A stretch of 64,000 nt of DNA, from assembly GCF_009914755.1 (NCBI RefSeq), contig NC_060928.1, one strand, 5' to 3'. Under the pieces are notes generated by a model. It saw only the letters and a program-made list of their open reading frames with translations, was not told where the DNA came from and ran no database searches. Made by a program: the position numbers and the translations under genes. Below are positions 50,050-63,770 of this stretch, piece after piece. Within the stretch, counting starts at the first letter, position 1, and every line of letters begins with the position of its first letter. The DNA is from the human T2T-CHM13v2.0 reference genome, Homo sapiens.

Positions 50050-51540
50050 CTACTCTTTTCCATAGCCTATGAACATATTTAAGTCTCTTGCATTGTAAAA
50101 ATGACAGCTTCTTTACTCTATTCATTCTCTTGTTTCCATTCTTTTTAATGACTTATTTTCTTAGCCAGACTTCTTGAAAGAACAGCCTGCAGTCACTTAT
50201 TACCTGTATTTTCCTTTCCCACAGCACTTTGGTGCCCCTCCCACCATTCAACTTACCCTGCTTTGCCAAAGCTTTCCAATGGCTAAATCTAATGTTCACT
50301 TTTCTGTCTTTATGTCTTTCTTCATGTGCCCCTATGACCCTCCTTTTTGAAAAGGTTCTAATTATATGGTTCCTTGACAATTTTTCTTCATTCTCCTACC
50401 TTGGGCTCTTCTTGTAGCTGCCAATACCCAACGTTATTTTATAGTTGATGGTAAATCATTATAAATACTTTCCCTATGTGATCTATTCACCTTTATGACA
50501 TTAACTATTGTCCCTATATTGATGACTTATAAATTGATATATTTGTGAAATTGCCTCTGAGATACGGATTCATGCTGATTTTCTTCTGCATATATACATT
50601 TGGGTGTCTCATGAACACTTAACTAAGTCTAGCTTGATTAATCATATTTCTTTTATGATCTGGTCTTCCTCTTGTGTTTATGATCACAGTAAATAGCAAC
50701 ACCGTCCATTCACTTATCCAGACCAGAAACCCGGAGTCATTCTAGATCCTTCCCTCCATCAACTTCCACATTTTAAATGCATCATAAATCAATTCCATCC
50801 TCTACATTTTGTATTATTCAAATTCATCTCTCTAGTGTCCTGTTTTGCCCTTATCAACCTATCATTCATGCTGCTGTCAGGATTTATCTGACAAAATTCT
50901 TCGCTCCTGCATTTTCTTTGTTTGTTTGTATTATGTGTTTGGTAACTCCAGTTTACCACGTGGTGCTATGGTGTTCTCTTCGCATCAAGAACATGCTAAC
51001 CATGCAGTGCAAATACGATCATGTCACCTACATCTTAAGATTTTTTTAATGGATTCCTATGGCAGTTAAGATGAAAATTTAAACCTTCCCATGGCCTCCA
51101 AGCACTGTGGGTGCTCCCTGATAATTTTTCAGTCTCATTTTGAACACTTGCTGCCTGTTCTTTCTTTAGCCACACAGGCCTCCTTTCAGTTCATCAGACC
51201 TACTGTGCTACACCCTGCCTGGGAGCTCTTGAAGGCACTGCTTCCATATTGGAACCCTGTCTCCCCTTCTTCCTACCTGGCACACATAAACATTCCTATG
51301 AGTGCTTCAGTATACATTTTGTTGTTGTTATTCTAGGATCTTATGGATGGTATTGTGTTCCTTTCTGTCAGGGTGCTTGACATAGTTTGTAATTAATCAT
51401 TAATGTGCTAATTTGATTAATGTCTATCTTCCCCATTTTCATTAGGCAAAGGCAATGACAATTTTCTTTATCATAGCAGTCCTGCACCAGTACTGCACAG
51501 CATATAGTAGGTACTTAAGAAATGTTAATTGAGTGAATGC
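50050..51540 (+). mobile_element. Long decayed L2 LINE 3' region
   Basis: GCTAAATCTAATGTTCACTTTTCTGTC...CCAGAAACCCGGAGTCATTCTAGA...TAGTAGGTACTTAAGAAATGTTAATTGAGTGAATG. Confidence 0.65.
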
Positions 51541-52539
51541 TTTCTTCAATGTTTCTGATGTTTTGGTTGACTTTCTCTCCTCAGAAAATCATCTTCAGCA
51601 GACTGGTAGTCATCTAGAATAAATTACAAATGGGGTTTTCTGATAGAAAAGAATCTTGCTCTCTCTTAAAACACATGACATCTACACAATACACACATAC
51701 ACACTCACATTTACGCTCCACAAGGAGAAACTGCATGTAAGGAAAGCAGCTGTTTTCATAGTTCCCCAAGTCTTAATGTTATTTCAGATTTTCTCACATG
51801 AAATCGTATTTCCTCTACCTTACTTAGTTCTTAGGCCTATATTAATACTACTACTATCCCTCTTTGAATTCTGTGCTAAGAGGAAAAAATTATTTTCTTT
51901 TATTTATTCTTAGCACTGTTGACATTTTTTCCCCTAAAAAGTCTTGAATACCTAATAAGAAAGAATTGAAGTTTTCAAGGAACAGATAGGTTGCTGAACC
52001 TAGGCTACTCAGCTCTAGCATGATGATGGCAGATTTGTTTCCCCTCTCATTACGTCTGTGGTAGATTGATAAGGTCTGCTGGAGACAAGTGTGAGAAGGA
52101 TTCTGAGGGCATGTCTAGTTTCAGTGGGAAAATGTACCATGACTAATTCATTCAACACATATTTATTAAGTGCTTCTTATGTAATTAGCATGGCTGGCCC
52201 AGGGAGTGGAAGAGAGCAATCTTTCTAGCCGTTCTCTGCACATTAAGTTTTGATAGGATTTTGTAAGCATTTTTATTATTTTGTTTGTCCTTTAGCTCAA
52301 AGCTTACCTCTCAGTGACATGGATTTTGGCCAGCATTTTGACTTCCCTGTCCCAGAAGCAGGTCTAATAGTAAATTTTTTTATATCATTGGACAGGAATT
52401 AAAAGCTGTTTCCTCATTAAAACACTTAAATTTTTGTGACTTGAGCATCCCATAGCCTATGTTTTATCTTCCTTTTTTTTTTTCTGTTATCTCTTTCAAG
52501 AGACGTACTTGGCTCCCATTTAATTTGTATATACAGGAT

Positions 52540-52957
52540 TGTGACCCCTACCGAGCCCCAGTGAATAATCTGGCCCTTAAGTCTTGAGCTGTGGGGAAAC
52601 TGCTGTCTGTTAACATTTTTTTCTTCCTTCTTAACAGGGATGGCGAATAAGTGACCAAATTAGGGATGTTTGCACATCTTGCCCTTTTCTGTTTCAGTCC
52701 TTCTTGCTGGAAAATGGGTGTGATGGCTGGAACTGTAGGAACCATCCTATAAATTTGAGGCTGGAAGGCATGAACTTGGGATGGGAGAGCAGAAGGCTAG
52801 ACAGAGTCTCAGTCCCTGCTGAACCTAGTTACCCTTCAGGCTCTGGACTGCCTACTTTTAGATGTCATTTTATATGAGAGAATAGCACCCTCATATGTTT
52901 AAGCTACTGTAGTATGGTTTCTAGTATTTGCAGCTGAATATAATTCCTAGCAATACA
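52540..52957 (+). mobile_element. MLT1 (I/J/K-type) LTR
   Basis: TGTGATGGCTGGAACTGTAG..ACCATC...GAGCAGAAGGCTAG...TCTGGACTGCCTAC...TGTTTAAGCTACTGT...TTGCAGCTGAA...AATACA. Confidence 0.65.
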
Positions 52958-53049
52958 TGGGTGATTCAACTCTGGTTTCTCCTGGATTCTTTTATTATAT
53001 CCTGATTTATGTGAGATCTCTCTCTGCACTCAGGAAGGAATCTTACATC

Positions 53050-53190
53050 CATGTTACTCTAAGACTGTAAGTTCCATGAGGGCAGTGAATGTGACTATTC
53101 TGCTTATCAGTGTTTCCTCAGTTCTAGCACAATGCCTCACACTTAGTAGTTGGCTTAATAAATATTTGATGTTCAAAAAAATGAATAATA
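53050..53190 (+). mobile_element. L2 3' end
   Basis: AGACTGTAAGTTCCATGAGGGCAG...CTAGCACAATGCCT...TTAATAAATATTTG. Confidence 0.7.
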
Positions 53191-53487
53191 AAACATACTT
53201 TTCCCCAAATACTAGTCATAATATATTCAAAAGAATAGCAATCATGCAATTATTGGAGAGCTAATCTCTCAATGATGAATAAAATATTCTGCTAACTTGA
53301 GTGCCAGTGAATACTACATGTAGCTACAGATTTCTGTGGAATAAGAAAAAAAATGTTTGACATTAAAACACAATACAATTTGACATTTGATATTTATAAG
53401 AAATTTGATACTGATATTTATAAACTTTAATAATAATAATGTTTATTGTGTCTTAGTTTGAGAATTAAAAAAATCTGGTTCTTTTTA

Positions 53488-54270
53488 AAAATAATTTCAA
53501 CTTTTACTTTAGATTAGGAGGGTACACGTGCAGGTTTATTACATAGGCATATTGCGTGATGCTGAGGTTTGGGGTACAAATGATCCCATCACCCAGGTAG
53601 TGAGCATAGTACTGAGTGGATAGTTTTGCAACCCTTCCCCCCTTGTCTGAGAAGAGATTCAGACAAGGTTTGTATCTTCTCCTCTGTTCCCACTCTAGTA
53701 GCCCCCAGTGTTTATTGTTCACATCTCTAGGTTCACTGGTACCCAATGTTTAGCTCCCACTTATAAGTGAGAACATGCGACATTTGGTTTTCTGTTCCTG
53801 TGTTAGTCTACTTAGGATAATGGCCTCCAGCCGCATCCATGTTTTTTCAAAGGACATGATCTCATTTCTTTTCATGGCTGCAGGTATCCCATGGTGTATA
53901 TGTATCACATTTTCTTTATCCAGTCAGCCATTGATAGGCATTCTGGTTGACTCCTTGTCATTGCTATTTTGGATAGGGTGGTGATGAACATACAAATGCA
54001 TGTGTCTTTTTTGTAGAACAATTTATTTTTGTTTGGGCATATACCCAGTAATGGGATTGCTGTGTTGAGTGATAGTTCTGTTTTAAGTTCTTTGAGAAAT
54101 CTCCAAACTGCTTTCTACAGTGGCTGAACTAGTTTACATTTCCACTAATGCTGTATAAATATTCCATTTTCTCTGCAGTCTTGTCAGCATCTGTTATTTT
54201 TGACTTTTTAATAACAGCCATTCTGAATGGTGTGAGATGGTATCTCATTGTGGTTTCAATTGGCATTAGC
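53488..54270 (-). mobile_element. L1PA15/16-type 3' fragment
   Basis: TTTCAACTTTTACTTTAGATT..GAGGGTACACGTGCAGGTTT...ATGCTGAGGTTTGGGGTACAAATGATCCCATCACCCAGGTAGTGAGCATAGTAC. Confidence 0.85.
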
Positions 54271-54729
54271 GTGAGAACATTTTTCACACAAACTCATTGA
54301 GGCCTGGCAATAACTCAGTGACGGGATTGTAGGGACCATCATCTCCACTTGCTGAATGAGGAAATTCAACCTCAGAAAGGTGCAGTGGTGCTGACTCATA
54401 CCTAGCAACTGGATAAACTATGGCTTGACTGCAGGTGTTCCGATTTCATTTTATACTGCAATACATATAAGAAGTTTTGGTGTTTTGGCTAACTCTGGGA
54501 CAATCCTGAAATAGTCTCTAGAAACTTAATAAAACATCTAATAATTCTCTGATGTTTTTTTTTTTACATATTATGACTTGTTATTCACAAATGTTGGGGT
54601 TGGAAAAAAATTTCTAAAATTTTGTTTTAGAACCATGGGCAGTCATCTTTATTGTGAGTATTTTTTTCCAAAATGGATCAAAACAGAAGCTATTCATTAT
54701 AAGTAGGTGTTATCCATTTATTTATTCAT

Positions 54730-54850
54730 TCAGCTTTATTGAGGTAAAATTGACAATAAAAAATTATATGTATTCAAGGTATACAATGTGATGTTTTGAT
54801 ATATGTACAGGTATACATTGTGAAGTGATTACCACAATCAAGCTAATTCG
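54730..54850 (-). mobile_element. Short L1MA-type 3' end
   Basis: CAGCTTTATTGAGGTA..ATTGACAA...TATTCAAGGTATACAATGTGATG...ACCACAATCAAGCTAATT. Confidence 0.7.
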
Positions 54851-55292
54851 TATGTAGATGCTTTTATTTATTCTGGTAAAGAAGAGTCTTTGTTTTTAGC
54901 TCTGCTAATAATGTGGAGTGTAAACTACCTACCCTTTGTGCTTCAATATTATATCCACCCACACCTCAATTCTAACCATCTAAGCCATCTGAGAATATTT
55001 ACTTAAGACAGAAGAGTGTGTAAAAAATTTTTTCTCTAGCCCAAAGCTCATGCTTTCTAATAATGCTTTTGAATTCTTTTTCAATGAGAGGAATTTTAGA
55101 AAAAAAAAACACTTATTTTTAAGGAAATTTTATTTTGTACTGTTGCAATGATATTAAAATGTAGTCAATGACGTTGTCTAGGGCCCATTTCATGTCAAAG
55201 TAGGAAACTCCTCCCCAACTCTCCAAATTGTTCAACTCCTAAAAAATTTTTCAGCTTGATATAGCTATTTATTTTTCTCATTGGTAAGAGCT

Positions 55293-55841
55293 TATATATT
55301 GTTTATTGCTGCATAAAACCACCCCAGACTTACTGGCATGAAACAACAGCCATTCTAACATCTTTATGGATTTTGTACCTCTGGCATTAGAACTGGGCAT
55401 GATTGGAATGGCTTGTCTCTTCACCATATCTGGTGCTCAGTTGGGAAGATTAAATGACTGGGGCTGGAATTACAGAGGTTTATTTGCGTACATGTCTGGT
55501 TCCTGGGCTGAGATAACTTGGAGATTGCATTCAGCTGGGCCTTGCTACTGCAGTGTCTACACTTGGCTTCTCCCTGTGGCTTGGGCTTCTCACAGATGGA
55601 CAGCTGGGTTTTGAGAGGTACATCTCAAGAGTGTTCAGAGAGCAAACACACCAAGAGAACTGCATGGAGACCTGCACAGAAAAACATAACCTCAGATGTC
55701 ACAAACTGCTCTTTCCACTATACATTAGAGTTTGAAGAAGTCCCAAGCCTGCTCAGATTGAAGGAGAGTGGATACAGTCTCCACATTTCTGTGAGAAGCA
55801 TGTCAAGAAATTTGAGGGAATTTAAAGAAAAAAACACCACA
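55293..55841 (-). mobile_element. MLT1G/H-type MaLR LTR
   Basis: TATTGCTGCATAAAACCACCCCAGACTTA..GGCATGAAACAAC...GGGGCTGGAAT...TGGCTTGGGCTTCTCACA...AACACCACA. Confidence 0.7.
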
Positions 55842-58800
55842 GGTATTATGGAGCATTGAATTGCAAAGCAAAACCCTAACTCTTATCAGTCTTTTGTTTT
55901 AACTTCATCCTTTCTCTCATCACTTATAAATGTGTAATAATGTTTACTTCTTTCTACCTAATACTATTGAATCAAAATATCATTGGACTACGACATGCCG
56001 AAGAACAAGCAGAAACAAGGCCTGAGATAATTCACGAATGGGAGAAGACATGTTCTTTTTCATTCACCAAGATGAACAGAGAACTGAAGACTTACTTTTT
56101 TTGTGGGACAAAATATATAAGACAAATTAGGACTCTTTTTGAGACTTAATTGGAGCAAGAGGCACACTTATCTAGCAATTCTTTTTATATATTAAACTTT
56201 TCTACTTGCACTTAGCTTGACCTATGAAAACTTTGCCCCCATCTCTGTCTTTGTTTCTCCACTTTTCTTTTTCTGACTCTTTGTAAATTATAAGGAGAAC
56301 TAAATAAGTATCTTCTTTATAAAGCATCATTTCTATTTCTTGATAATTGCTCTCCTCTTTCCTTTAGGTGTCATTTACAAACTTTCTTCCTTTCATTCTT
56401 TTCCTTTCTTCTATCATTCCTTTTCTGTCCTCTTTCTCTTCTTCTTTCCTTCCTTTTTTCTTTCAACAAGATCCTGGAATCTGACAAGAATGTGGCTTTA
56501 ATGGAATTTGAACCACTATCTAAAGAGAATGTCAAAGAGCTTCTGTGTTTCCCTTCCTGGGCTTCACAGTGTCAGTGTTGGGGACTGTCCTTTGCTCTTC
56601 CTTGCTTTGCTTCTGAGAGTTTCATGTTACCGTTGCCGCTCATGATTCACATTATCCCAAGTGCAAATCATTACTTAACTAACAAAGAGGTGCACATCAA
56701 TTTCTAAGGGAAGGAAGTAAGATATCTGTGTGGAATCTGACCAGATGTTACCAGGAAAACACCCTAAATCCACACCAGTAGGTGGAAAGAGGAAAGACCA
56801 CTGGAGGGTTTTTCATCATGGATTATACTTTGCTGGTTTTCTTCTTCTTTTTTTCTGCTCACCCTTAGTCCTCTTGATTTTCAAGGGCTCAAGGATCATA
56901 TCTAACAGTATTTCCAGGTTGAACTCTAGTGTTAGTCTTTCTATCTTCATGAAGTTCTAAATCTTCATTTATAATTGCCTTTGGGCCTTGCTTTCTATTT
57001 ATTAATTTATATAATATTCCATATTTATCCCAAAGGATTTATGTAATCCTTTCATGAGATATCATGTGAATTTTCTGGAGTCCCCAAGACTGTGTGTCCT
57101 AAAATATCTTAAAATAAATTCTACCATTTTTCTGCTCCCCATTTTATTATTGTCTTTCTAGTTACTGGGCTACAAACTCATTTTTAGCTTCTCCTTTTTG
57201 ATCAGTCTCCCTGTCTAATTGGTTATCTTGTTCTGTTCAAGGCTTCCTTACTCACTGTCTGGATTTTTGCAACAGCTTCCTGACTATGGTCTCTGCTTCT
57301 ACTTCTCACCAGGATCTCTACTTCTCACCTACCCTATATCTGCCGCCAGAACACTCTTTTTAAAACAGAACTGCATACATTATTTTGCTGCTTAAAATCT
57401 TTCAGTGGCTCTCCCTAGCTTACAGAATAGAAAGTATATTTAAAGTTCTCCACAACGCATGCCTGCACTTCATAACTTTAATGTTTGCTAAGTGCTTCCT
57501 AAATATTTAGCTGGCACAGTTGTTTTCTATGTGCTAGCTGATTTAATCTAACTGATGGGGCAAGAACTACATTATTCCTACGTTAAAGTTGAGCAAACTG
57601 AGTTACAGAAAGGTTAACTGACTTGCCAGTCTTACAGCTAACAAAGTACAGGATTTTTTAGTTGATATGTTGTGTTGATGTTTACATTCACTTATTTGTT
57701 CTTCCATTTGTCAAACAGAAACTATTATTTATTTATTTATTTATTGAGTAGCTACTTTATCTTAGGCATTATACTAAGCTTTGAGGAAGTAGAAACATTC
57801 ACTTTCCCACATTAAGGGGTGTACAATATAATGTAGCATGATAAGTTTCTTGATAGGTGCTCATGGGTTCTTAGCCCTGTATCCTGTTGGATATAGGAGA
57901 GGAGAGATCCCGGAGGCATCTAGGAAAAGAAATGGCACCTTCCAGGATCAAAGCAGTTGTCCAGGTAAACGATGGGGAGGATGGTGTTCCACACTAAGGG
58001 AGGAACATACGCAAAAGCATGGAGATGAGAGAGCATGGCCTGCTTAGAAAACTGGACATCAATGATGCATCAGGGGCATAGTCTGGAATGGGCAGAATGG
58101 AGAGACATGTGACTCTCAGCTGTGCTCAACTGCAGCCAGCTTATTGTGGGCATCTTCTTTAACCCTAGAGAGCTCAAACACTGTTCTGCATGTACTAAGG
58201 AGAACAAAAGAGAGGGATATTGTCATCTTTATATTTCATAGGATAATTCTAACTGCAGCTGGTAGAACAGTGCAGAGTAGATTAACACTTGAGACTCAGG
58301 TAATGTGAATAAATTAGGTTCTTTTCATATTGTTTGAATTCTAATTTAATTTGATGAGATCCATTGCTCATTTTGAACTCCTACCTTATTTAATGCTGAC
58401 TAGCTGTTACACCCATGAAGTATTTAATTATGGTCAAATATTTCAGATAGGGTCAAATCTCTCCACTGCAGTGAAAAGGAACAGAAAAGTGCATAATACA
58501 AACTGATAGAAAATGTCAGCTAGTTAATTATAAATGAATGCATATTGTTTACATATATGTTTTGACTATTTTAAAATTTAAGAACTTCAAAACATTTTGA
58601 AAACTTGTTTCCAATCAAACAACAAAGTGGTAGTATGCAGAAACTCTAGGAGAAGTTAAAGAAGTATCCTGTTGTTCCATGCTGATCCTGTCTTTCTTTC
58701 CATAGCCTTCCTCTGCCAGATCTACCCTGGAAATTGCTGTCTAACTTCTCAAAAGTGTGCATAAGAACAGCCCTTTCTCATCTCCTTCTGTGATGAAAGT

Positions 58801-58921
58801 ATATTAAAAAATTGCAATCCCCACCCACTTTTTCTCTATAGAACATGAAGTAAGAAAGCAGAAACAGAAGATATCAAACAAATTAGTCAGTGTTACCAAT
58901 CCTCTATGGCCAGAGCTGGAC

Positions 58922-59750
58922 ATGGGTTTATAATTCTTTATCTGTACTTCCAAAATCCAAAAATCTCTGAAAAAGTAAAAAGTGTTTTTATGGCTAATTT
59001 GGCAGCAAAACCTGACTAAACCTGAACTCATGTGGTCACAACACCTGACCCAAGCTGGCAGGTGGCTTTTTATAATCTACATTTCACTTATACCACTATA
59101 TCTCACTTATACCATTATATATCACTAATATACCAAATATGCACTTTTAAAATGTTATTGCCTGTTAAAATGTTTCCCTTAAAATGTATTTTGAGAGAAT
59201 TATAGATTCACATGTGGTTGTAAGAAATGACCAGAGATATAGTATACTCTTCACCCAATTTCCTCCATTGGTAACATTTGCAAACTGTAGTACAATATCA
59301 CAACCAGGAAACTGACATTGGTAAAATTCATGGACTTTTTTTGGACTTCACCAGTTTTACATACACTCACTTTATGTGTGTGTGTCTGTGTGTATTAAAA
59401 TTCTGTGCAATTTTGTCACATGTAAACTTGTGTGACCACCACCATCAAGATGCAGAACAGTTTTCATCACAAGGATCCCTTGTGTTACCCTGTCGTAGTC
59501 ACAGCCACCACCTTCACTGCCTCTCTTCCTGATCCCTGACAACCATTAATCTGTTCTCTAACACTTGGTATTTCAACAATACTGAATAAATGGAATCATA
59601 CATTATGAAACCTTTTGTGATTGGCATTTTTCACTGAGCATCATTCCTTCAGAGATCCATACAAATTGTTGTGTGCCTTTTAATATCTGAAACATCTGAA
59701 CTCCAAAACATATTTAGCCCAAAGGTTTTGGATGAGGGGCTGTGGAGCTG
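58922..59750 (+). mobile_element. MER46C-like (TcMar-Tigger) DNA transposon fossil, split by an L1MC 3' end
   Basis: TTCCAAAATCCAAAAATCTCTGAAAA...ATTTGGCAGCAAAACCTGAC at left; GGTTTTGGATGAGGGGCTGTGGAGCTG (TIR-like) at right. Confidence 0.65.
59180..59680 (-). mobile_element. L1MC-type 3' end
   Basis: TATTTTGAGAGAATTATAGATTCACATG..GTTGTAAGAAAT...CAAACTGTAGTACAATATCACAACCAGGA. Confidence 0.75.
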
Positions 59751-60440
59751 CTCTGAACGTCTGCCTCTACCCTGCCTGCTCTTTGAACCATTGAGGAGTG
59801 GGACTGGCAGGAGCCGGGGCTGTGTTCTTATCAGTGAATGTAGTGTGAAACCCAGTCTTCGGTGTCTGGTGTGAATGCACGGCCTGCTGCCATGTGCCAT
59901 GTAACAGTTGGATCCTATTGCAGCTTCCTTATTCAATATTCATAGTCATCTGCTTCATTTGCCTTTGACTGGGTTTCTCCTCACTGCATTTTCCTTCTGG
60001 GCCCAGATTCTAGCCATAATTTGCTCTCTGGTTTCCCTAGTCTAGTTGCTCCCAGCCCCATTCCCTGAGACTGCACCTGGCTTCCTAGATCACTTAACAT
60101 TGACTCAGATCAGCATGTGGATTTGTGACTCAGGGCTCAGATTTCAGAACTTGCCTTCCTCAGGCTCACCTTCGGGCCCTCCGATTCCCAAAATTGGATA
60201 CAGGGTCTTCCTTGGAGAGCTTTCTGGTATGTATAGTCCTCATCAGTAGAGTGTCTTGATGTCAGTAAACTCCAGCCAAAAATATGGTTACTGTTAATAT
60301 TTTCCAAAGTGAAATTTGTCCAACTTAAGCTGACATTATAGTTGAAAAGGTACTTTGGTAAATTCTATAGTGGAAATTGTCACTAAATGTAATAACTTAA
60401 TCTTCTCTTATTGACATTTGACTTAAACACATCTCTGAGA

Positions 60441-60478
60441 TGCGCGCGTGCATGTGTGTGTGTGTGCGTGTGTGTGTG
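60441..60478. repeat. Alternating purine-pyrimidine (CG)/(TG)n tract
   Basis: TGCGCGCGTGCATGTGTGTGTGTGTGCGTGTGTGTGTG. Confidence 0.9.
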
Positions 60479-61737
60479 GCTAAAATTGCTAATAATGTTT
60501 AAGGCAGAGAAACGTGGTAGAATGGCACAAGATAGGGCATTCATCACACCTGTCTTTCTTGCATGTCTACCTGCTGTGATGAAAGATATCAAAATAGTTG
60601 ATGTTATAATACTATTGTCCCAATCAACCTTGGTTAATTTATGTCTTCCTCTTGGAGAAAGCTAAACTGAGGAGGTCATTGTAGGTTCACTAAGACATTC
60701 TTTCTAGCCCAACAACTATTATAAAAACACACATCCAAGTGGAAAGCAAAAGCTTCATTTCTAATAATTCAGATAATTTGTTCAGGTGAAACAATTTTCT
60801 GAGAATTTCCAGATGTTTAAGTGTTTCGCTTTTCCATCTGGTGCTTGCTGTTGTATAGAGCAGTCCAGCATTGCTTTGTGATACTGTTGGTTAACACTGA
60901 CTTGCCAGAAGCCTGTCCTGGGAATATCAATAGGATCCACTGATTCCCAGAAGAAATCAATTAGGAATGAGGAAAGAAGAGAAGAGGAAGAGGCAATATT
61001 TAACCCTCGCTTATTTTCTCATCTAACTCATTTTCAGTCCTCTTCCCAAAGAGAACAAATGACAAGGCTTTGGCAACTAAGATAGAAAATGATGGAAAAT
61101 TAAAAACATATAGGGTAGTTTAAGCAATCTTTTAAACATTTGTACAAAAGAAATGAAAAAACTCTGTATGAGAAAGTTACGTATTTTTTAGTTTACATGA
61201 AAAAAAAGAAAAAAAGAATTAACCAGTTTTTCCCGGTTACAAATGTTTTCTTTAAATCTTTTTGTCTCAATGTTTTTTTTTTTCTTCTTCTTCCCGTTCT
61301 CCTCTCTCCCCAAGCCCTAGCAATCACCAACATGCTTTCACAAAAAAACTATTGTCTCAATGTTTTAAGAAAACTTTTTGACAATGAAAATTGTCCCATT
61401 TTTTATGAAAAGTTTTCTGGAATAGCAATGCACTAAATTCCAGTGCTTTTTACCTTAAGTTTAAACAATTTTTTTCTTATGAAAAGGGCTTCAGCACTGA
61501 AGAAGCAGCCATATTGATGGGCCTCTGCTTTTGATTTGCATGTCAAAACTACTTCCTGAAAACTAATTCTTACTCTACTTTGCAAATCTTTCCACAGTTG
61601 AAAGAGTCATAAAATACGTAAAACAAAAAGCACACAAAAAAGTGCACATTTCTGACTGGTTACCCATGATGGAATGGTGAGGTCAGGGAAAATAAACAAA
61701 AAATAGAAACTGTCAGTCTATATTTTTTAGTCTAAAT

Positions 61738-61785
61738 CATATATATATACACATATATATACATATATATACATATATATATATT
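61738..61785. repeat. (TA)n / (TATATACA)n microsatellite
   Basis: Directly visible. Confidence 0.9.
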
Positions 61786-63159
61786 TGTTGTTACCATTTG
61801 TTTATCTTAAATATTTAAATCATAACTTGAAATTGATCTTAGAACCTTACTACAATTGGATGCCCAGAATAGTGGCTAGCACAAAAAGTGGGTGTGGAAT
61901 AAATATTTATTCCCTAAACGTATGCATGAATGAAGATTTTTGTATTTATTTTCTGTAAATTCTTATAAAATATCATATGACAACTCCAGAATCTGGACCA
62001 AAGCAAGTACTAATTTCTGAGTTCGGGCTTAATTTTAAATTATTAAGTTTGTGAAGTGTTTGGAAATGCTTTGCTTATGGAATGTTAGTTGCACATAACA
62101 TAATATCACTCTTTGTTTTATATCTGCAAAAATAAATAAAGATTTGTGCTATCTGGTTTAATTATCTCATTAGAATTCAGTAAGCTATGTAAAGGCTGCC
62201 TTTTGGGGCTCATTAAGCCAAACTTCCCCATCAGTATTAGGAATGTTGCAAGTGAAGAAAATACATTTTAGAGCGGAGAGTGTGTTGTTGCTGAAAAGTC
62301 ATTTGGTTGCTACAATACTGCTTGCAAGGAGGGAGGGGGCCTTCAGGCCAGATGGCAGGCAGGTACCTGGGAGGATTACATGGTGTGCAGCTCTTGCTGC
62401 AGAGGAAGAGATCAGTTTACGGTGCTGGGACCAGATCTTTGTGGCAGCAGGTTTCTGAGTGTTGATGTGCAGGGTCAACAAGCTTAATGTTTTGAGCTGG
62501 CTGACCCCAGTTTTACTGAAGAAATAGGTTGAAGCACAATGGTGTTTGGATTGAAATCTGAGTTCCCACAGAAAAATGCAAGCTCTTTACCGTGGCTGCA
62601 GCAGCAACAGCATTTGGTGCTGGTCCTGGGAAGTGTTTTAGTCTCCAGGGCCTGGGATCTAAATCTTTCCACCAGATTGAAAGTCTCATAATTATTTTTT
62701 TTTTTAAATAAAACATACAAAGCCACACGTCCTTCCCATTTAGTTATGCTGGACAATGAATCACATTAATTTGAAAAAAGGCTGTATAACTTGTGTTTTA
62801 TAAATTGAGACTTTTCTTCTCTGTGTATTTTAAACTTGTCATTACCATGCCACGAACTTCTTAACGTGAAATCAAGGAAGTATTTTGCACCTGGATATAA
62901 AATGCCACATGTCTTGATAATCTTCCAATGTGCCACTCTCTTACCAAAAGGCCAGTTCTACTCTGTTGAGTTAACATTTTCTAACTGCAAAACCAATGGA
63001 CTTGTCAACATATATTGCTCCAAATGACTGGATTTAAAAAATCCTGAAGAGAGTTGTCATTTTGATGTTCCTGACTGTATGATATGTAGCTATATGAATG
63101 TTCTTTTTATCATTTGAAATGGTTTTGTTTAGTCAGGCTCTTGCTAAAATAAAGTGCAT

Positions 63160-63420
63160 TTCCATGTGAATTTATGGGGGCTTGCGGCCCCAAACTGCGG
63201 CTGCCTGCCTCGATTTTGGATTTGCTATTGATTCCTTTTATTGGTTTTTGGCAAGTTGCTGAGGGCATATGTTTTGCACTTTGCTGCCTGATGTGTAAGA
63301 TTCTGCTGACATCCAGGAAAGTGCCACAAAAACCTGTTGCTCGTAGCCAAGCTTATGTGTTTTATGGCAATCCGCTGAGCTCAAGTTTCTTGACAACAAG
63401 TCTTATTTATGGAGAAACAA
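63160..63420. promoter_or_regulatory. Candidate enhancer with clustered posterior-HOX/CDX motifs
   Basis: TTTATGG at 63171, 63361 and 63406; TTTTATTGG at 63236; five retained CpGs in ~200 bp; no recognisable repeat. Confidence 0.35.
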
Positions 63421-63549
63421 ATGCAGGCAGTGTTTTGTGGAACCATGCTGCTCTCTTTCTGGGAGTAACTTTTGGCATTTCTATGCCAAAGGACAAACGT
63501 TATTTTAAACATCTCATATTTTATGTGTGATGGAGAAAGTGCTCCTCTT

Positions 63550-63770
63550 GCTGCTGCTGATAGATACCATTTATTGAGCACATGCCATATGCCAAGTAAT
63601 ATACATTGGCTTATCACCATAAAACTGCAAGGGAGGTGCTGTTGTCTCCATTACAAAGACAAAGAAGCTTAGGCTTAGAGAAGATAAGCAAATTTCCCAG
63701 ATTTTTTAAGTGGAGAGGCTAGGATTTAAATTAGTTGTCTCTGAAGTTTATGTTTTTCTCAAAAGACATT
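63550..63770 (-). mobile_element. MIR SINE
   Basis: ACCATTTATTGAGCAC...CTCCATTACAAAGACAAAGAAGCTTAGGCTTAGAGAAGATAAG...AAGTGGAGAGGCTAGGATTTAAA. Confidence 0.7.

Noticed and set aside
59090-59140. Three ~19-bp tandem copies (TCACTTATACCACTATAT)
   Set aside because: Ordinary slippage repeat inside a DNA-transposon fossil
62243-62756. Overlapping 60-90 aa ORFs in the repeat-free block as coding exons
   Set aside because: ORFs on both strands with no recognisable protein similarity or clear splice-site pair; a regulatory role is more parsimonious
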